Source: Eledone cirrhosa (lineage: Eukaryota). Taken from it: a stretch of DNA of 64,000 nt. The notes beneath the pieces were generated by a model that made no database searches, was not told the DNA's origin, and was given only the letters and a program-made list of their open reading frames with translations. Position 1 is the first letter of the stretch. Each line of letters begins with the position of its first letter. A program made the translations under genes and the position numbers. Below, one piece after another: positions 43,490 through 57,471 of the stretch. The stretch spans positions 16,368,001 to 16,432,000 of the forward strand of contig OZ024756.1 of the NCBI GenBank assembly GCA_964016885.1. Direction: 5' to 3'.

Positions 43490-44770
43490 CAGTAAAAGTC
43501 TTGCCTTTATAGCTGAATAAATGGGAGAGTTGGAGACAAAATTCCAGATGTAGAAGAAAAAATCTAGAATTGAAAGGCTTAAAAATAAACTTAACAATAA
43601 ATAGGTACAATGAAGAGGTACAACAAGCTGCTACCTTCAGAGATGTGGCCTTGTTCAGGGGTGGACAGAAACTCCATAAGGTGCACAATGAAACCTTTGG
43701 ACTTACAAGAGATGTAGTGGGATTACAGGCAGGTTAACCCTTTAGCATTTAAACCAGCTGTATCCAGCCAGAACTCTCTCACCTCTTTCTGTTCAAACTG
43801 GCTGTAACTGGCGGCTCATACCAACATTAAGGTATTGTTTTCAAAATAAATTACATTAAAATCTCGTAGATTTGATATTATGTAAGATAATTATGTAAGA
43901 TAAAGCCTTTACTGAGAAAATACAATAGTAAATATAGAGTAATGTAAATGGTAAAGGGTTAAAGGAGAATATAGAAGATAAACAGTTGTCAGGAAGGTTT
44001 CTTAGAAGTTGTTGACAGCTTTTGTTAATGAGGTGACTTAACCAGCAATGGGGGCGGGTGCTCTGAAAGTGTGATAGCCAGGATAAGAACAGGCTAGAAG
44101 GAGTTTAGGAAACTGGTACCTCTGCTGACAACAAAAGACTTCTCTCTCAGAGTGAAGGGTGCTTTGTACAATTCTTGCATGTGAACTGCCATGCTACATG
44201 GCAGTGAAACATGGGCCTTGACTGCAGAAGACCTGCGAAGGCTAGAAAGAAGTGAAGTGAGTATGCTCCGATGGATATGTAATGTTAGTGTGCATGAATG
44301 ACATAGCATTAGTTAACTGAGAGAAAAACTTGGCATAAGAGGAATTAAGTGTAGTGTGCAAGAGAGAAGACGGTGCTGGTGTGGACATGTGATGTGTTGG
44401 GCATAAGAGGAATTAAGTGTAGTGTGCAAGAGAGAAGACTGTGCTGGTATGGACATGTGATGTGCTCGGCATAAGAGGAATTAAGTGTAGTGTGCAAGAG
44501 AGAAGACTGTGCTGGTATGGACATGTGATGTGCTGGGCATAAGAGGAATTAAGTGTAATGTGCAAGAGAGAAGACTGTGCTGGTATGGACATGTGATGTG
44601 TTGGGCATAAGAGGAATTAAGTGTAGTGTGCAAGAGAGAAAACTGTGCTGGTATGGACATGTGATGTGTTGGGCATAAGAGGAATTAAGTGTAGTGTGCA
44701 AGAGAGAAAACTGTGCTGGTATGGATATGTGATGAGTATAAAGAAGTGCAGAGGAATCTTAGATAAAATA
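43490..44770 (+). mobile_element. Older RTE LINE fragment, MITE-interrupted, with 6 x 68-bp tandem amplification (44332-44735)
   Basis: [22 protein letters not shown] remnants. Confidence 0.85.
43734..43962. mobile_element. TTAA MITE nested in an RTE LINE fragment
   Basis: TTAA duplicated on both sides; removal restores RTE RCSGITGRLKENI. Confidence 0.85.
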
Positions 44771-45429
44771 TGACCTGACCCATTCATATGTCCCCTCTCA
44801 TACTATCACTTGTTAGTAGCTATCCCCGACCCCTTTCAAACGCCCTCCACTATTACTCATTGAGTAACTATATTGGTTGAACTGGAGTAATGTAAAATAA
44901 AGTGTCTTGCTCAAGGACTCAACGTATTACCAGGGTGGGGTGGGAATTGACTCATGACTTCATCATTGTCAGCCAAAACAAATATTCTTTTTTCAGTCAA
45001 CTCTTGTTTTATTATTCTATTTGTACCTGCGATGGATTGGCAGAATCGGTAGAGCTTCGGACACCAAGCTTTGCACCATAGTTACGGCCCTTTATGTCCT
45101 GAGTTCAAATCCCACCAAGGTTAACATTGCCTTTCATCCGTATAGGGTTGATAAAATAAAGTACCAGTAATGCACTAGGGATAATTGCTGGCCTTGTGCC
45201 AAAAGTAGAAACATTTATTTTATTTGTACCATTTGTCTTTGTTTTTCTTCTCAGTTCCTGATAAACAAAAGAAAATCTTGAGTGAGAGAGAGTTGGAGTG
45301 TGTGTGTGTTTGAGAGAGTGCATATGTGTGAGTGAGGGTTGGAGAGAGAGTGTGTGTGGTCTGTGAGGGTGAGTCGAGGAGAGAGAGTGTGTATGTATGA
45401 GAGAGTAAGAGAGAAGCTGTGTGCCTGCT

Positions 45430-46830
45430 GGATGGTTGTCCATCTGTTTGTCTGGCTGACTGTCAGGTTAACTAGATGGCTGGTTGCTGGCTGACTGTCA
45501 AGCTGGTTGGTTGGATGGCTGACCAGCTTACTGGGTGGTTGGCTGACTGTCGAGTTGGTTGGATGGATGGCTGACCAGCTTACTGGGTGGTTGGCTGACT
45601 GTCGAGTTGGTTGGATGGATGGCTGACAAGCTTACTGGGTGGTTGGCTGACTGTCGAGTTGGTTGGATGGATGGCTGACAAGCTTACTGGGTGGTTGGCT
45701 GAGTTCGTTGGTTGGTTGGCTGACCAGCTTACTGGGTGGTTGGCTGACTGTCGAGCTGGTTGGTTGATGGCTGGTTAACTGGTAGTTAGATGGCTGACCA
45801 GCTAACTGGCTGGATCTCTGTCTGACTGTCCAGCTGGATGGTTATTTGGCTAGTGGTTAGATGGCTGGTTGTCCAGCTAGTTGGCTGGCTGATTGTCCAG
45901 CTATCTGGTTTGTTGGCTGTCCAGCTAACTGGCTGGATCTCTGGCTGACTGGATGGTTGGTTGGCTTGTGGTTAGGTGGCTGGCTGTCCAGCTAACTGGC
46001 TGGATCTCTGGCTGACTGGATGGTTGGTTGGCTTGTGGTTAGGTGGCTGGCTGTCCAGCTAACTGGCTGGATCTCTGGCTGACTGGATGGTTGGTTGGCT
46101 TGTGGTTAGGTGGCTGGCTGTCCAGCTAGTTGGTTGGCTGCTGATTTGCCAGCTAAAGAGTTTGTTGGCTGTCCAGCTATCTGGCTTCCTAGCCAGTTGG
46201 TTGGCTGTTTGTCTGCCCTCTGTCCTTGTGTCTGTGTGTCAGTGGTGTTATTGGTCAGTTCAGTGGTCAGTAGCAGTAAGACATCAGTCATTAAACCTTT
46301 TGTCTGCAATTGCAATGAATTCTTCAGAGGAATATTCCTCCGGGTCTGCTGACAATTCTCTCTGAGATATGGCCAAATTATTAATGGTTTCTTATATAGG
46401 TACAAGGCCAGCATATTTTGGCGGGAGGGGGATATTTTATTTCCCTTCACCACAACCCCACCTCAGATCTACTGACCTGCTGAGATGTTTACACCACCAC
46501 CACCACCACCACATCTCACCACCACACCTCACTATACTTACCTCACCACCACCACATTTTACCATACTTACCTCACTTACCTCACCACCACCACACCTCA
46601 CCACCACTACCATACTCACCACCACCACCATACACACCACCACCAACACCAAACACTCCACCACCACCACCACCACCATACACTCAACCACCACCACCAC
46701 CACCACCATACATACTCCACCATACACACCACCATACTCACAACCACCACCACCATATACACCACCACCACCACCACCACCATACACACTCCACCACCAC
46801 CATACACACCACCACCACCACCACCATTGT
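45430..46830. repeat. (TGGC/TGGT)n-derived minisatellite and (CAC)n tract
   Basis: ggctgactgtcgagttggttggatggat units to about 46210; (CAC)n 46490-46826. Confidence 0.85.
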
Positions 46831-47456
46831 TTAACCATATTTTCTGCCGGATTTGTTTTACTAGTTTTTCTCCAACCAAATATCTCCTCCACCTTCCTTC
46901 TGGATGAAGAGGCTTTTCTGTGTGCATATATAGATATAAAAAAATGTGTAAATATGTATATACACATGTACATATGTGTGTATAGTGTATATGTGTATGT
47001 GCATGTGTATGTATATGCGCAGGGACATGGAAATAGTCGGGCTGGAGGGAGTGAAGGACCCCTAGCCTTTGTCAGGGCATTCTTCTAGGAGAAGGCAACT
47101 CAGGAAACTGGGATAACTCTAACATAAAACCTGCGGCTCAGTAGTTACCGATGATGTTGATCTTTTCTTCTTTTCGGATTATAGCTACTGTTGCTCAGAG
47201 AGTGGGATTGGCTCAGTGCAGAGTCTTTCCTCACTTAAAAAAAAATGTTGACGCACAGGCATTGCATGATAGAATTAATTTATAATGGTATATCGTGCAA
47301 TGGCCATACTCGATAACGAGAGGGCAGCCGTTATCATCGTCATAATTTTACGTCCGCTTTTCCCTGCTTGTAAAAGGTAAACAGAAATAACAACACAATC
47401 GGTACAGTATATGGGAGGTATATATTAGGTTAACGCTTTATATAGCAGGAAGAGGG

Positions 47457-47492
47457 TCTTAACGTTTCGGACGCTAGTCCTTCATCAGAAGA
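47457..47492 (-). ncRNA. Minimal (dimer-type) hammerhead ribozyme
   Basis: UCUU-CUGAUGA-AGGAC-UAGC-GUCC-GAAAC-GUU-AAGA. Confidence 0.82.
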
Positions 47493-47745
47493 AAGAATGA
47501 GAAATAAGATAGATTGAGGGGATGGGTGGGTTGGAATATATATGTTTATATATATATACATATATGTTTATATATATATATGTTTATATATATTTTTTGA
47601 GTATATGTTGGTTGTTTACCCACACCTCAGTATGCAGATTGGAGCACTTGGCGAAGTGCGCAGGCTGGTTTGGTTACTCCGGAGTAATGTAAAATAAAAT
47701 AATTAAGTCAAATATTTAAAATTTGGCTTCGTTTATTAAAGGTGC

Positions 47746-47802
47746 ACTGCTATATATATATTTCGGTGACAGCCATCCTTGGCTGTGATCTCTTCAGGCA
47801 GT
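47746..47802 (-). ncRNA. Hammerhead ribozyme, AUA cleavage triplet
   Basis: ACUGC-CUGAAGA-GAUCACAGCCA..UGGCUGUCACC-GAAAU-AUAUAU-AUA-GCAGU. Confidence 0.78.
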
Positions 47803-48186
47803 CCGAATTGGTGTGGGAAAGACAGGTACACATGCTGTTGAAGTGTGTTTTACTCTGTCAAATCTCCGATATGCCCAGTTCCTGGTTGGGTTGTTATTTC
47901 TCAGAGGAACTGGAATCAACTGTTTCATCATCATCATCATCATCATTTCATTTTACGTCCGCTTTTTCCCTGCTTGCAAGGGTGGGACGGGAACTGATTC
48001 TGGCTTGATTTCTACAGCTGGATGCCCTTCCTAACACCAACCTCATTTACAGTGAGTGCTGGGTGCTTTTTTGCCGTGGCACCTCCACGACCACTTTGCA
48101 GGGAAACAACACATCACCCGGTCTGAGAATTGAACTCGCAACCTTTCGATTGCAAGGCCAATGCTCTAACCCACTAAGTCATGCGC

Positions 48187-48226
<40 letters not shown>

Positions 48227-50435
48227 CGGGTTGAATCGGAGGTAACCACAGTAAGTAAGGTACTCAAAACATAGCAGAGTTTAAAAGTTTTAATATAGAT
48301 GAGATTCTACAGGACTAGAACTGTTTCATACTTTAGAAATCATCAGGAATCTGGCTGTCCAAAATAAATGTTGTGGTATTTATATCTTTGCTGGTGGTAG
48401 GAGAGGGTGGGGAGTGGGATGGGTGGAGGTCATTGGTTGAAAGTAAAGGGAATTCATTAAAAGCTAATTCTTTAAGGCTATAATTTATATTTAGAGTGAC
48501 AAAGGCAGAAAAAATTCTATAAACAAGTTCAAATTGGGGTGGCACTCCTTATTTTTAAGTTTCTCTTAAGCTAACAATGCCTATATATCAAGTGTCTATA
48601 AGATGGTTGGGGGTCGGTCATGGTTGATGGATTTAAAGAAAAGGGAAATTCTTTAAAAGATGTATATAAAAAATGTATGTGACAGGGAAAAGCAGGCGTT
48701 AAAATGATGATGATGGTGTGTGTGTGTATATGTATATATATATATATGGTGTACACATGTCCACTCAGCTGGCAAAAATGAGTTGTAACTAATTTGAAGG
48801 GCCAGCCTTGTTACAGTTATTTCCCTTTGTTATAATGCATTTTTCGTAAACCAGTGTTCTTAGCATATATTACTTCTAACGGTATCTTATAAACTCGTAT
48901 AAGCACCTGAAGATTAGGTCGCAATTTTGATCCCTGTTACATTCTGGAGATATGGTCAATATTGGGCTTTGAAACCTATTTGATCCATAACCATTTTTAG
49001 GGGTTCCTAAACGTGTGGGAGAGAGGGAGAAAGATATCATCAACTTTGTGAAGGAGCCCAAATGCTTGAAACTAAGTTCATTCTAGTAAAGGCAGCCAAG
49101 GTCCAGGAAGCGATGTTAAACTGGATGACAGACTGTCTACCATTGAAGAAGGCAAGGGTGGGATTTGAACTCAGAATATTAAAAAAATGGAACAAATAGC
49201 CCAAGATGTCCAATGCTCTAACAATTCATTCAACCAACCAAGTCCATTTTTTATTAGCCCCAAAGAAAGAAAAGCAAATTTGACCTCAGCAGGGATTGAA
49301 CTCATAGTATAGAGAGTTGAATCAAATATTGATTTCTAGTATAGGCACGAGGCTAGTAATTTTGGGAAGAAAGGAAAGTCAATTAAATCAACCCCATTGC
49401 ATTACTGGTACTTTGTTTTATCGACCCCGTAAGGATGAAAGCAAAGTTAACCACGGCGAGATTTGAACTCAGACCATAAGGGGACGTAACTCTATGCTAC
49501 AAAGCATGGTGTCCGACCTTCTTCCGATACTGCCAACCCACCTACCCACCCCTTGGATCAAATATTGCAAAGTATTTTGCCCTACCTTCTAACAATTTTG
49601 CCAATTTGCTGCATGTGCATGATTTGAAGGTAATTTGGTTGCTATTTCTAACAGTCACGTCTGTGTCTATAAGCCACCTTATAGACACAGACATACTGAA
49701 AAAGAAAATATCCAAATTTTCTATTTAACAACTTGTACCTTAAGTGCAGGTGGTTATGTTTTCTTTTTTCCTTTTTCTTTGCATTTTATTACCAAAACTT
49801 AAATTTCTTGTTTTTAATTATTTTGTGAAACCATTTTTCTCAAGTGTATCACTTAAATAATTCTTTGGTATATTTATTTATAGATTTTAATTAATGATGC
49901 CACCACACCTCATGTTGAAGACTTCACTCCTTCAACAATTTAATAAATGAAACAAAACAAATAATTTTAGTGTTATTCCCATCTGTGTCCTTTCATAAAT
50001 TTTGATATTTTAACCCTTTAGCATTTAAACCGGCCATATCTGGCCAGATTTCCCTCACCTCTTTCTGTTCAAGCTTGCTGTAACCGGCCACTCATACTGA
50101 TGTTAAGGTATCGTTCTCAAAATAAATAATATCAAAATCTCATAGATTCCATATTATGTGAGATAAAGTGTTTAGCATGAACATACAATAGTATATATTG
50201 ATTAATGTCAATCCTAAAGGGTTCATATTGCAATGGAACTGGCGGAATGGAATCGTCAGAATTAGTAGAGCATACAACAAAATGTCTTGTAATGTTGCTT
50301 CCAGCTGTTTAGGTCTACGTTTTGAGTTCTAATCCGTGGAGGTCAACATTATCTTTCATCCTGTTGAATCAAAGGAGAAGTCCATGGTAGTGGATTTGAA
50401 GGAATTGTTAAGAGGTCTGATGGGATTGTGAGGAA

Positions 50436-51123
50436 GTATCTGTTCATCTGTTCGGGAACTTTGCAGTGTCTGTTCATCTATTCAGGATCGTTGCAGTATC
50501 TGTTCATTTGTTCAGGGTCTTTGCAGTGTCTGTTTATCTGTTCAGGATCTTTGCAGTGTCTGTTCATCTGTTCAGGGTCTTTGGTGTGTCTGTTCATCTG
50601 TTCAGGGACTCTCTAGTCTGTTTATCTGTTCAGGGTCTTTGCAGTGTCTTCATCTGTTTGAGGTCTTTGCAGTGTCTGTTCATCTGTTCAGGGACTCTGT
50701 AGTCTCTGACCATCTGTTCAGAGTCTTTGCAGTGTCTGTTCAGAGACCCTGCAGTGTCTGTTCATCTGTTCAGGGTCTTTGCTGTGTCTGTTCATCTGTT
50801 CAGGGACTCTCTAGTATCTGTTCACCTGTTCAGGGTCTTTGCAGTGTCTTCATCTGTTCGAGGTCTTTGCAGTGTCTGTTCATCTGTTCAGGGACTCTGT
50901 AGTCTCTGACCATCTGTTCAGGGTCTTTGCAGTGTCTGTTCAGAGACCCTGCAGTGTCTGTTCATCTGTTCAGGGTCGTTGCAGTATCTGTTCATTTGTT
51001 CAGGAACTTTACAGTGTCTGTTCATCTGTTCAGGATCTTTGCAGTGTCTGTTCATCTGTTCAGAGACTTTGAAGTATCTGTTCACCTGTTCAGGGATTCC
51101 GCAGTATATGTTCATCTGTTCAG
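50436..51123. repeat. 30-bp minisatellite
   Basis: ctttgcagtgtctgttcatctgttcagggt. Confidence 0.92.
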
Positions 51124-51291
51124 CAACTTTTGTGTTCTAAGTTGAAAGGACATAATTTGGATAAGGGTTCGGAATAGGAGAGGATGCTCAGGACTTGAAA
51201 ATTTACACATATGTCTTTTCAATGAAAGGTGACCTGGGGCAAAAACAACAGCAACCACAACAACTGTGTGTTATCTAGCTAGGCTGTATTA

Positions 51292-51327
<36 letters not shown>

Positions 51328-51419
51328 AGGGGACGAGAAGGACAGGGAGATTTGGACCTACAAATAAAAGTCAATGTATGTGTGTGTGACAGAGACTGTA
51401 AGTGATTGTATGTGACAGT

Positions 51420-51955
51420 GTAATTGGTCTTGAAAGACCAAGACGGATACGTGCTACTTGAATCCAAGCAGATGTACACGGATTTCCAGCAGCACTTTGC
51501 ACAACGTTTAGGCAGAGTGGTGTGTTGGATTTCAGTCCCTACTTTGATGACCTACCGTGACTCAAACACAGATGCAGAGAGCCAATCACAGTGGGCGAAA
51601 TACAAGACGCCCTAGGCCACTGTGGGAAGCGTAAATCACCCGGTCTAGATGGTCTACCCTATGAGTTTTACATAGGCATGCCAGACTTCTTCTCTGATGT
51701 CCTTGAAGTGGTCTACTGCAACTGGCAGCAGAACAGGTGAATTCCCATTTCTGTAAGCCAAGGCATAGTAACGCTGATCAGGAAAGACGAGAACAAAGGG
51801 GACAACATAAGCAATTTCAGGCCCATAAATCTGCTCAACACAGAGTTGAAGATTTTGGCCAAGGTGTTAGCAACAAGTCTAGCGCTTGTTGTCAAGAGTC
51901 TGGTGGGGTAAGCATAAACATGTGCAATCCCGACCAGCTAGATATCATCATCGAG
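51420..51955 (+). mobile_element. L1/Tx1-like LINE RT N-terminal fragment, degenerate
   Basis: KSPGLDGLPYEFY, GIVTLIRK, NFRPINLLNTELKILAKVLA. Confidence 0.85.
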
Positions 51956-52815
51956 GTCCCTTAACCCTTTTTGATGTCAAATGCTGCACCAACTGCCTTC
52001 ATCTCTGGCGGCCATATGTGTTCTTTCCCGTCCACTCAGCTATGTTGTCCACCACTTCCTCTGTCTGCCCTGCCTTCTCTTTCTCAGCACTTTCCTCAGA
52101 GAATTGTCAAGAAATAGCAGCCATATTTCCCTGAAATTACACCACACATTCTCGCCTGTTTTTATTTATTCATTTAAAAAAAAAAAAAGCAGTGATACTT
52201 TGGACCCTGGGGTCCTTTCTAAACAAAGCATAAACAAAGCCAATAGGATGGGCATTGCTGGAATCAGGACCATCGCCAAGATAAGGCACTACCTCCTGCC
52301 CTCCCCATATACTTAATAAAAACAGAAGTCAGGTGTAGGTAGAAAGTGAGTTCAAACCATGAACTAACTCTCTACCTACACCTGACTTCTGTTTTGATTG
52401 TTCACACACACACATATATAAATGACTCTGTAGCCTGGACTGATACCTTAGGGTTCGACCACCTACCACAAGAACTACTGGTCCCACTGCCGAATATCAC
52501 TGCAACCATCCTTCCTAGGATATATTGAGTTCTAACAACGTTATCAGCCCCACCACAACCAGGTGGTGGGGCTGATATACACATATATTATATATATATA
52601 TTATATATATATTATATATATTATATATATATATAATATATATATATTATATATATTATATATATTATATATATATATTATATATATTATATATATATAT
52701 TATATATATTATATATATATATATATTATATATATTATATATATATATATATTATATATATATATTATATATATTATATATATATATAATATATATTATA
52801 TATATTATATATATA

Positions 52816-52860
<45 letters not shown>

Positions 52861-52892
52861 TATATATATATATATTATATATATATATATAT

Positions 52893-52923
<31 letters not shown>

Positions 52924-52977
52924 ATATATATTATATATATATATTATATATATATTATATATATTATATATATATTA

Positions 52978-53025
<48 letters not shown>

Positions 53026-53026
53026 A

Positions 53027-53090
<64 letters not shown>

Positions 53091-53131
53091 ATTATATATA
53101 TTATATATATATATTATATATATATATATTA

Positions 53132-53171
<40 letters not shown>

Positions 53172-53554
53172 TATATATAATATAAAATGAAAAGATGGTT
53201 AAAAGAGTTCCACGCATTTCAAAAACAAATATCATCATGGGATGATATTTGCGTTCTCATCAGATAAAATAGGGAGACATGATATGAAGCTTAAAAAAAC
53301 ACTTGCGAGCAGCGAAGTGTTAATTCAACATATGAAAAATAAAATAAGATGGATATATGAGATTGGGGGGAAAAGAAAAGGAAGGGGGAAGGAAAAGGTA
53401 AGGAAGAGGAAGAAAGAATATAATAAGAAAAAAATATATAATAATAATAATAAATATATAATAATAAATATATAAATATAATAATAATGTTGAGTGCTAC
53501 TTATCCGATATTTGCATTGCTTTATTGTGCTACAATAAAACTCACCTCCTACAT

Positions 53555-53590
<36 letters not shown>

Positions 53591-53659
53591 AAAGTGAATA
53601 AAATTAGCAAAGTAAGGAAATACAAAATTAAGAAAACAATAATAACAATAATAATAATA

Positions 53660-55838
53660 ATTGTTTCTACTTTTGGCACAAGGCCAGCAATTACCCAGTG
53701 TATTACTGGTACTATATTTTATCGACCCTGTAAGGATGAAAGGCAAAGTTGACCTCGGCAGGATTTGAACTCAGATCGTAAAGGGACATAACTACGCTGG
53801 AAAGCATGTCTGACCCTCCACCGATACTGCCATTGTTTCTACTTTTGGCACAAGGCCAGCAATTACCCAGTGTATTACTGGTACTATATTTTATCGACCC
53901 TGTAAGGATGAAAGGCAAAGTTAACCTCGGCGAGATTTGAACTCAGATCGTAAAGGGACATAACTACGCTGGAAAGCATGTCTGACCCTCTACCGATACT
54001 GCCATTGTTTCTACTTTTGGCACAAGGCCAGCAATTACCCAGTGTATTACTGGTACTTTATTTTATTGACCCCATAAGGATGAAAGGCAAAGTTAACCTC
54101 GGCGGGATTTGAACTCAGAATGGAAAGGGCCGTAACTCTTTGCGTCAAAGTATGGCGTCCGACCCTCTACCGATAATAATAATAATTTCTTTATTGGCCA
54201 CTAGGGTCTATATATAGGGGACAATACAAATGACAGGGACAGTGGGCGGTGGTGGTACAGTATAAAAGGCAGAGACAGTGAGGGGGGGGGGGTGTTTAAA
54301 AAACACAAATTAACAATAATAACTAAAAATTACAACAATAAAAACATTCCCCAAATAGGGGGAAGAACTAGCCAAGGGCCACTCAGGTACGCCACCAATC
54401 CTGAACCACCTGACGCTTCAAGGGCACCCAGGAAAGACACCCCCCTTTCCTCCTCGAATCAACCAGCCTACAGGTGCATGCTCAGAGTAGGCCACATTCA
54501 CATGGGCCATACTTACCACATTCACCTACCCCTCAGCAAATGTACAGGGGTCAGCACTTCTCTCTCCACCCCCACCTCCCTTTCCAAGGGAAACTTGAAA
54601 ATAGTAATAATTGTTTCTACTATTGGCACAAGGCCAGAAATTACCCAGTACATTACTGGTACTTTATTTTATCGACCCCGTAAGGATGAAAGGCAAAGTT
54701 AACCTCGGCGGGATTTGAACTCAGAATAGCAAGGGCCGTAACTCTATGCATCAAAGCATGGCGTCCGACCCTCTACCGATACTGCCAATCCATAGTAATA
54801 ATAATAATAATTGTTTCTACTTTAGGCACAAGGCCAGCAATTTGAAAGGGAGGGGGGGGGGGGGAAGTCGACTATATCGACCCCAGTGCATTACTGGTGC
54901 TTTATTTTATCGACTCCATAAAGATGAAAGAGATTTGAACACAGAAAGTAAAGGGACGTAACTCTATTCCACAGAAATAAAAATAATCGTAATTTCTACT
55001 ATAGACGCAAGGCCAGCACTTTTTGTGGGGAGGGGAAAATTGATTAAATCGACCCCAGTGCATTACTGGTACTTTATTTCGTCGACCCCTAAGGATGAAA
55101 GGCAAAGCTAACCTTGGTGGGATTTGAACTCAGAACGCAAAGGGCCGTAACTCTATACTGAAAAGCATAGTGTCAGACACTCTACTGATTCTGCCAAACA
55201 ATAATAATAATAATAATTGTTTCTACTTTTTGGCACAAGGCCAGCAATTATCTCAGTGCATTACTGGTACTTTATTTTATCGACCCCGTAAGGATGAAAG
55301 GCAAAGTCAACCTCGGCGGCATTTGAAATCAGACCGTAAAGGGCCGTAACTCAATGCTGCAAAGCAAGGTGTCTGACGCTCTACCGTTACTGTCGTAAAG
55401 GGACGTAACTTTATACCGCAGAAATAATAATTGTTTCTACTTTAATGCACAAGGCCAGCAATTTGAAAGGGGGGGGGGGCGGAATGTCGATTACATCAAC
55501 TCCAGTGTATTACTGATATTTTATTTTATCGACTTGGTAAGGATGAAAGGTAAAGTTAACCTTGGTGGGATTTGAACTCAGAACGAAAAGGGCCATAACT
55601 CTACGCTGCAAAGTATCGTGTCTGACGCTCTATCGATACTGCCAATAATTGTTTCTACTTTAGGCACAAGGCCAGCAATTACCCAGTGCATTACTGGTAC
55701 TTTTATTTTATCGACCCCGTAAGGATGAAAGGCAAAGTCAACCTCGGCGGGAGGGATTTGAACTCAGATCATAAAGGGACGTAACTATGCCTGGAAAGCA
55801 TGGCGTCTGACGCTCTACCGATACTGCCAATCGACCAC
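53660..55838 (-). mobile_element. Cluster of about nine head-to-tail tRNA-derived SINE copies
   Basis: Unit ttgtttctact..ggcacaaggccagc..atcgaccccgtaaggatgaaaggcaaag..atttgaactcag; minus-strand B-box gagttcaaatcc; dispersed copies at about 2950-3300, 17056-17240, 19740-20000, 42080-42285, 45030-45212, 49150-49600, 61235-61420. Confidence 0.88.
54183..54600 (-). mobile_element. LINE 3' end (probably L1/Tx1-like) within the SINE cluster
   Basis: Ends ttgtcccc..gtggccaataaagaa plus simple-repeat tail, same terminus as the four units at 38180-38590. Confidence 0.5.
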
Positions 55839-56164
55839 CATCGATACAGCCAATAATGCGGATTATAAATCGGTTAAACAGCAATTAAGAAAATCTCCCT
55901 TAGGGACGGTTTCTTATAATATTACAACCAGTCCCTTTAATGTCCCATTCCTACTGTCAAATAAACGAAACCATTGATTAATATTACTATTATTACTATT
56001 ATTATTAGTAGAAATATTTTTTTTTTAAGTATATTTTTTATTTTTTTTACTTTCACTTTTCATATTTATTTATTTAATTATTTATTTATTTATTTATTTA
56101 TTGAAATCCATTCATAATTATGATTGATTTGCTACACACTCACTCACACACACATATATAAATG

Positions 56165-56208
<44 letters not shown>

Positions 56209-56317
56209 CATATATATCTATATATATAACATATATATATGTGTGTAGATATATATATATATATATCTATATCTATATCTATCTATCTATATCTATCTAT
56301 CTATATATATATATATG

Positions 56318-56349
<32 letters not shown>

Positions 56350-56355
56350 CATACA

Positions 56356-56389
<34 letters not shown>

Positions 56390-56802
56390 GATGTATATAT
56401 ATATGTTATATATATATATAGATATGTATATGTTATATATGTTATATATATATATAGATATATATGTTATATATATATATATATATAGATATATATGTTA
56501 TATATATATATATATATATATATATAGATATATATGTTATATATATATATAGATATATATGTTATATATATATATATATATATATATAGATAGATATATA
56601 TGTTATATAGATATATATAGAGAGATATATATGTTATATAGATATATATATAGAGATATATATGTTATATAGATATATATAGAGAGATATATATGTTATA
56701 TATATATATGTTATATATATATAGATATATAACATATATATCTTTATATATATATAACATATATATATATATAACATATATTTCTTTATATATGTATATA
56801 TA

Positions 56803-56866
<64 letters not shown>

Positions 56867-56893
56867 CATATATATATATATATATATCTATAT

Positions 56894-56924
<31 letters not shown>

Positions 56925-57096
56925 CTATATAACACATATATCTATCGTTTCGACGGCTAATTCTAGAATTAGCCGTTGAAATGGCTTGAGCTCAGCCGTC
57001 GGGGTCCTACTTGTTCCTATTACCCACTCTACTACCCTAAGTATTGAGTACTTTGGTGCGTTATGGTCCATTTGGTTCCTTACCACATTTCCTTCG

Positions 57097-57141
<45 letters not shown>

Positions 57142-57332
57142 TATATATTATATACATATATATATATGTATATATATATAGATATATATGTTATATATAT
57201 ACATATATATATATGTATATATATATAGATATATATGTTATATATATACATATATATATATGTATATATATATAGATATATATGTTATATATATCCATAT
57301 ATATATGTATATGTAGATAGATATATATATAT

Positions 57333-57371
<39 letters not shown>

Positions 57372-57436
57372 TATATATATATATATGTGTAGATATATAT
57401 ATATATATATATGTAGATAGATATAAATATATATGT

Positions 57437-57471
<35 letters not shown>

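Noticed and set aside
47230-47330. Possible HDV-like ribozyme in the RTE-5'UTR-like repeat (also 26150-26225)
   Set aside because: Hairpins are present but I could not build the nested double pseudoknot or place the catalytic C by eye
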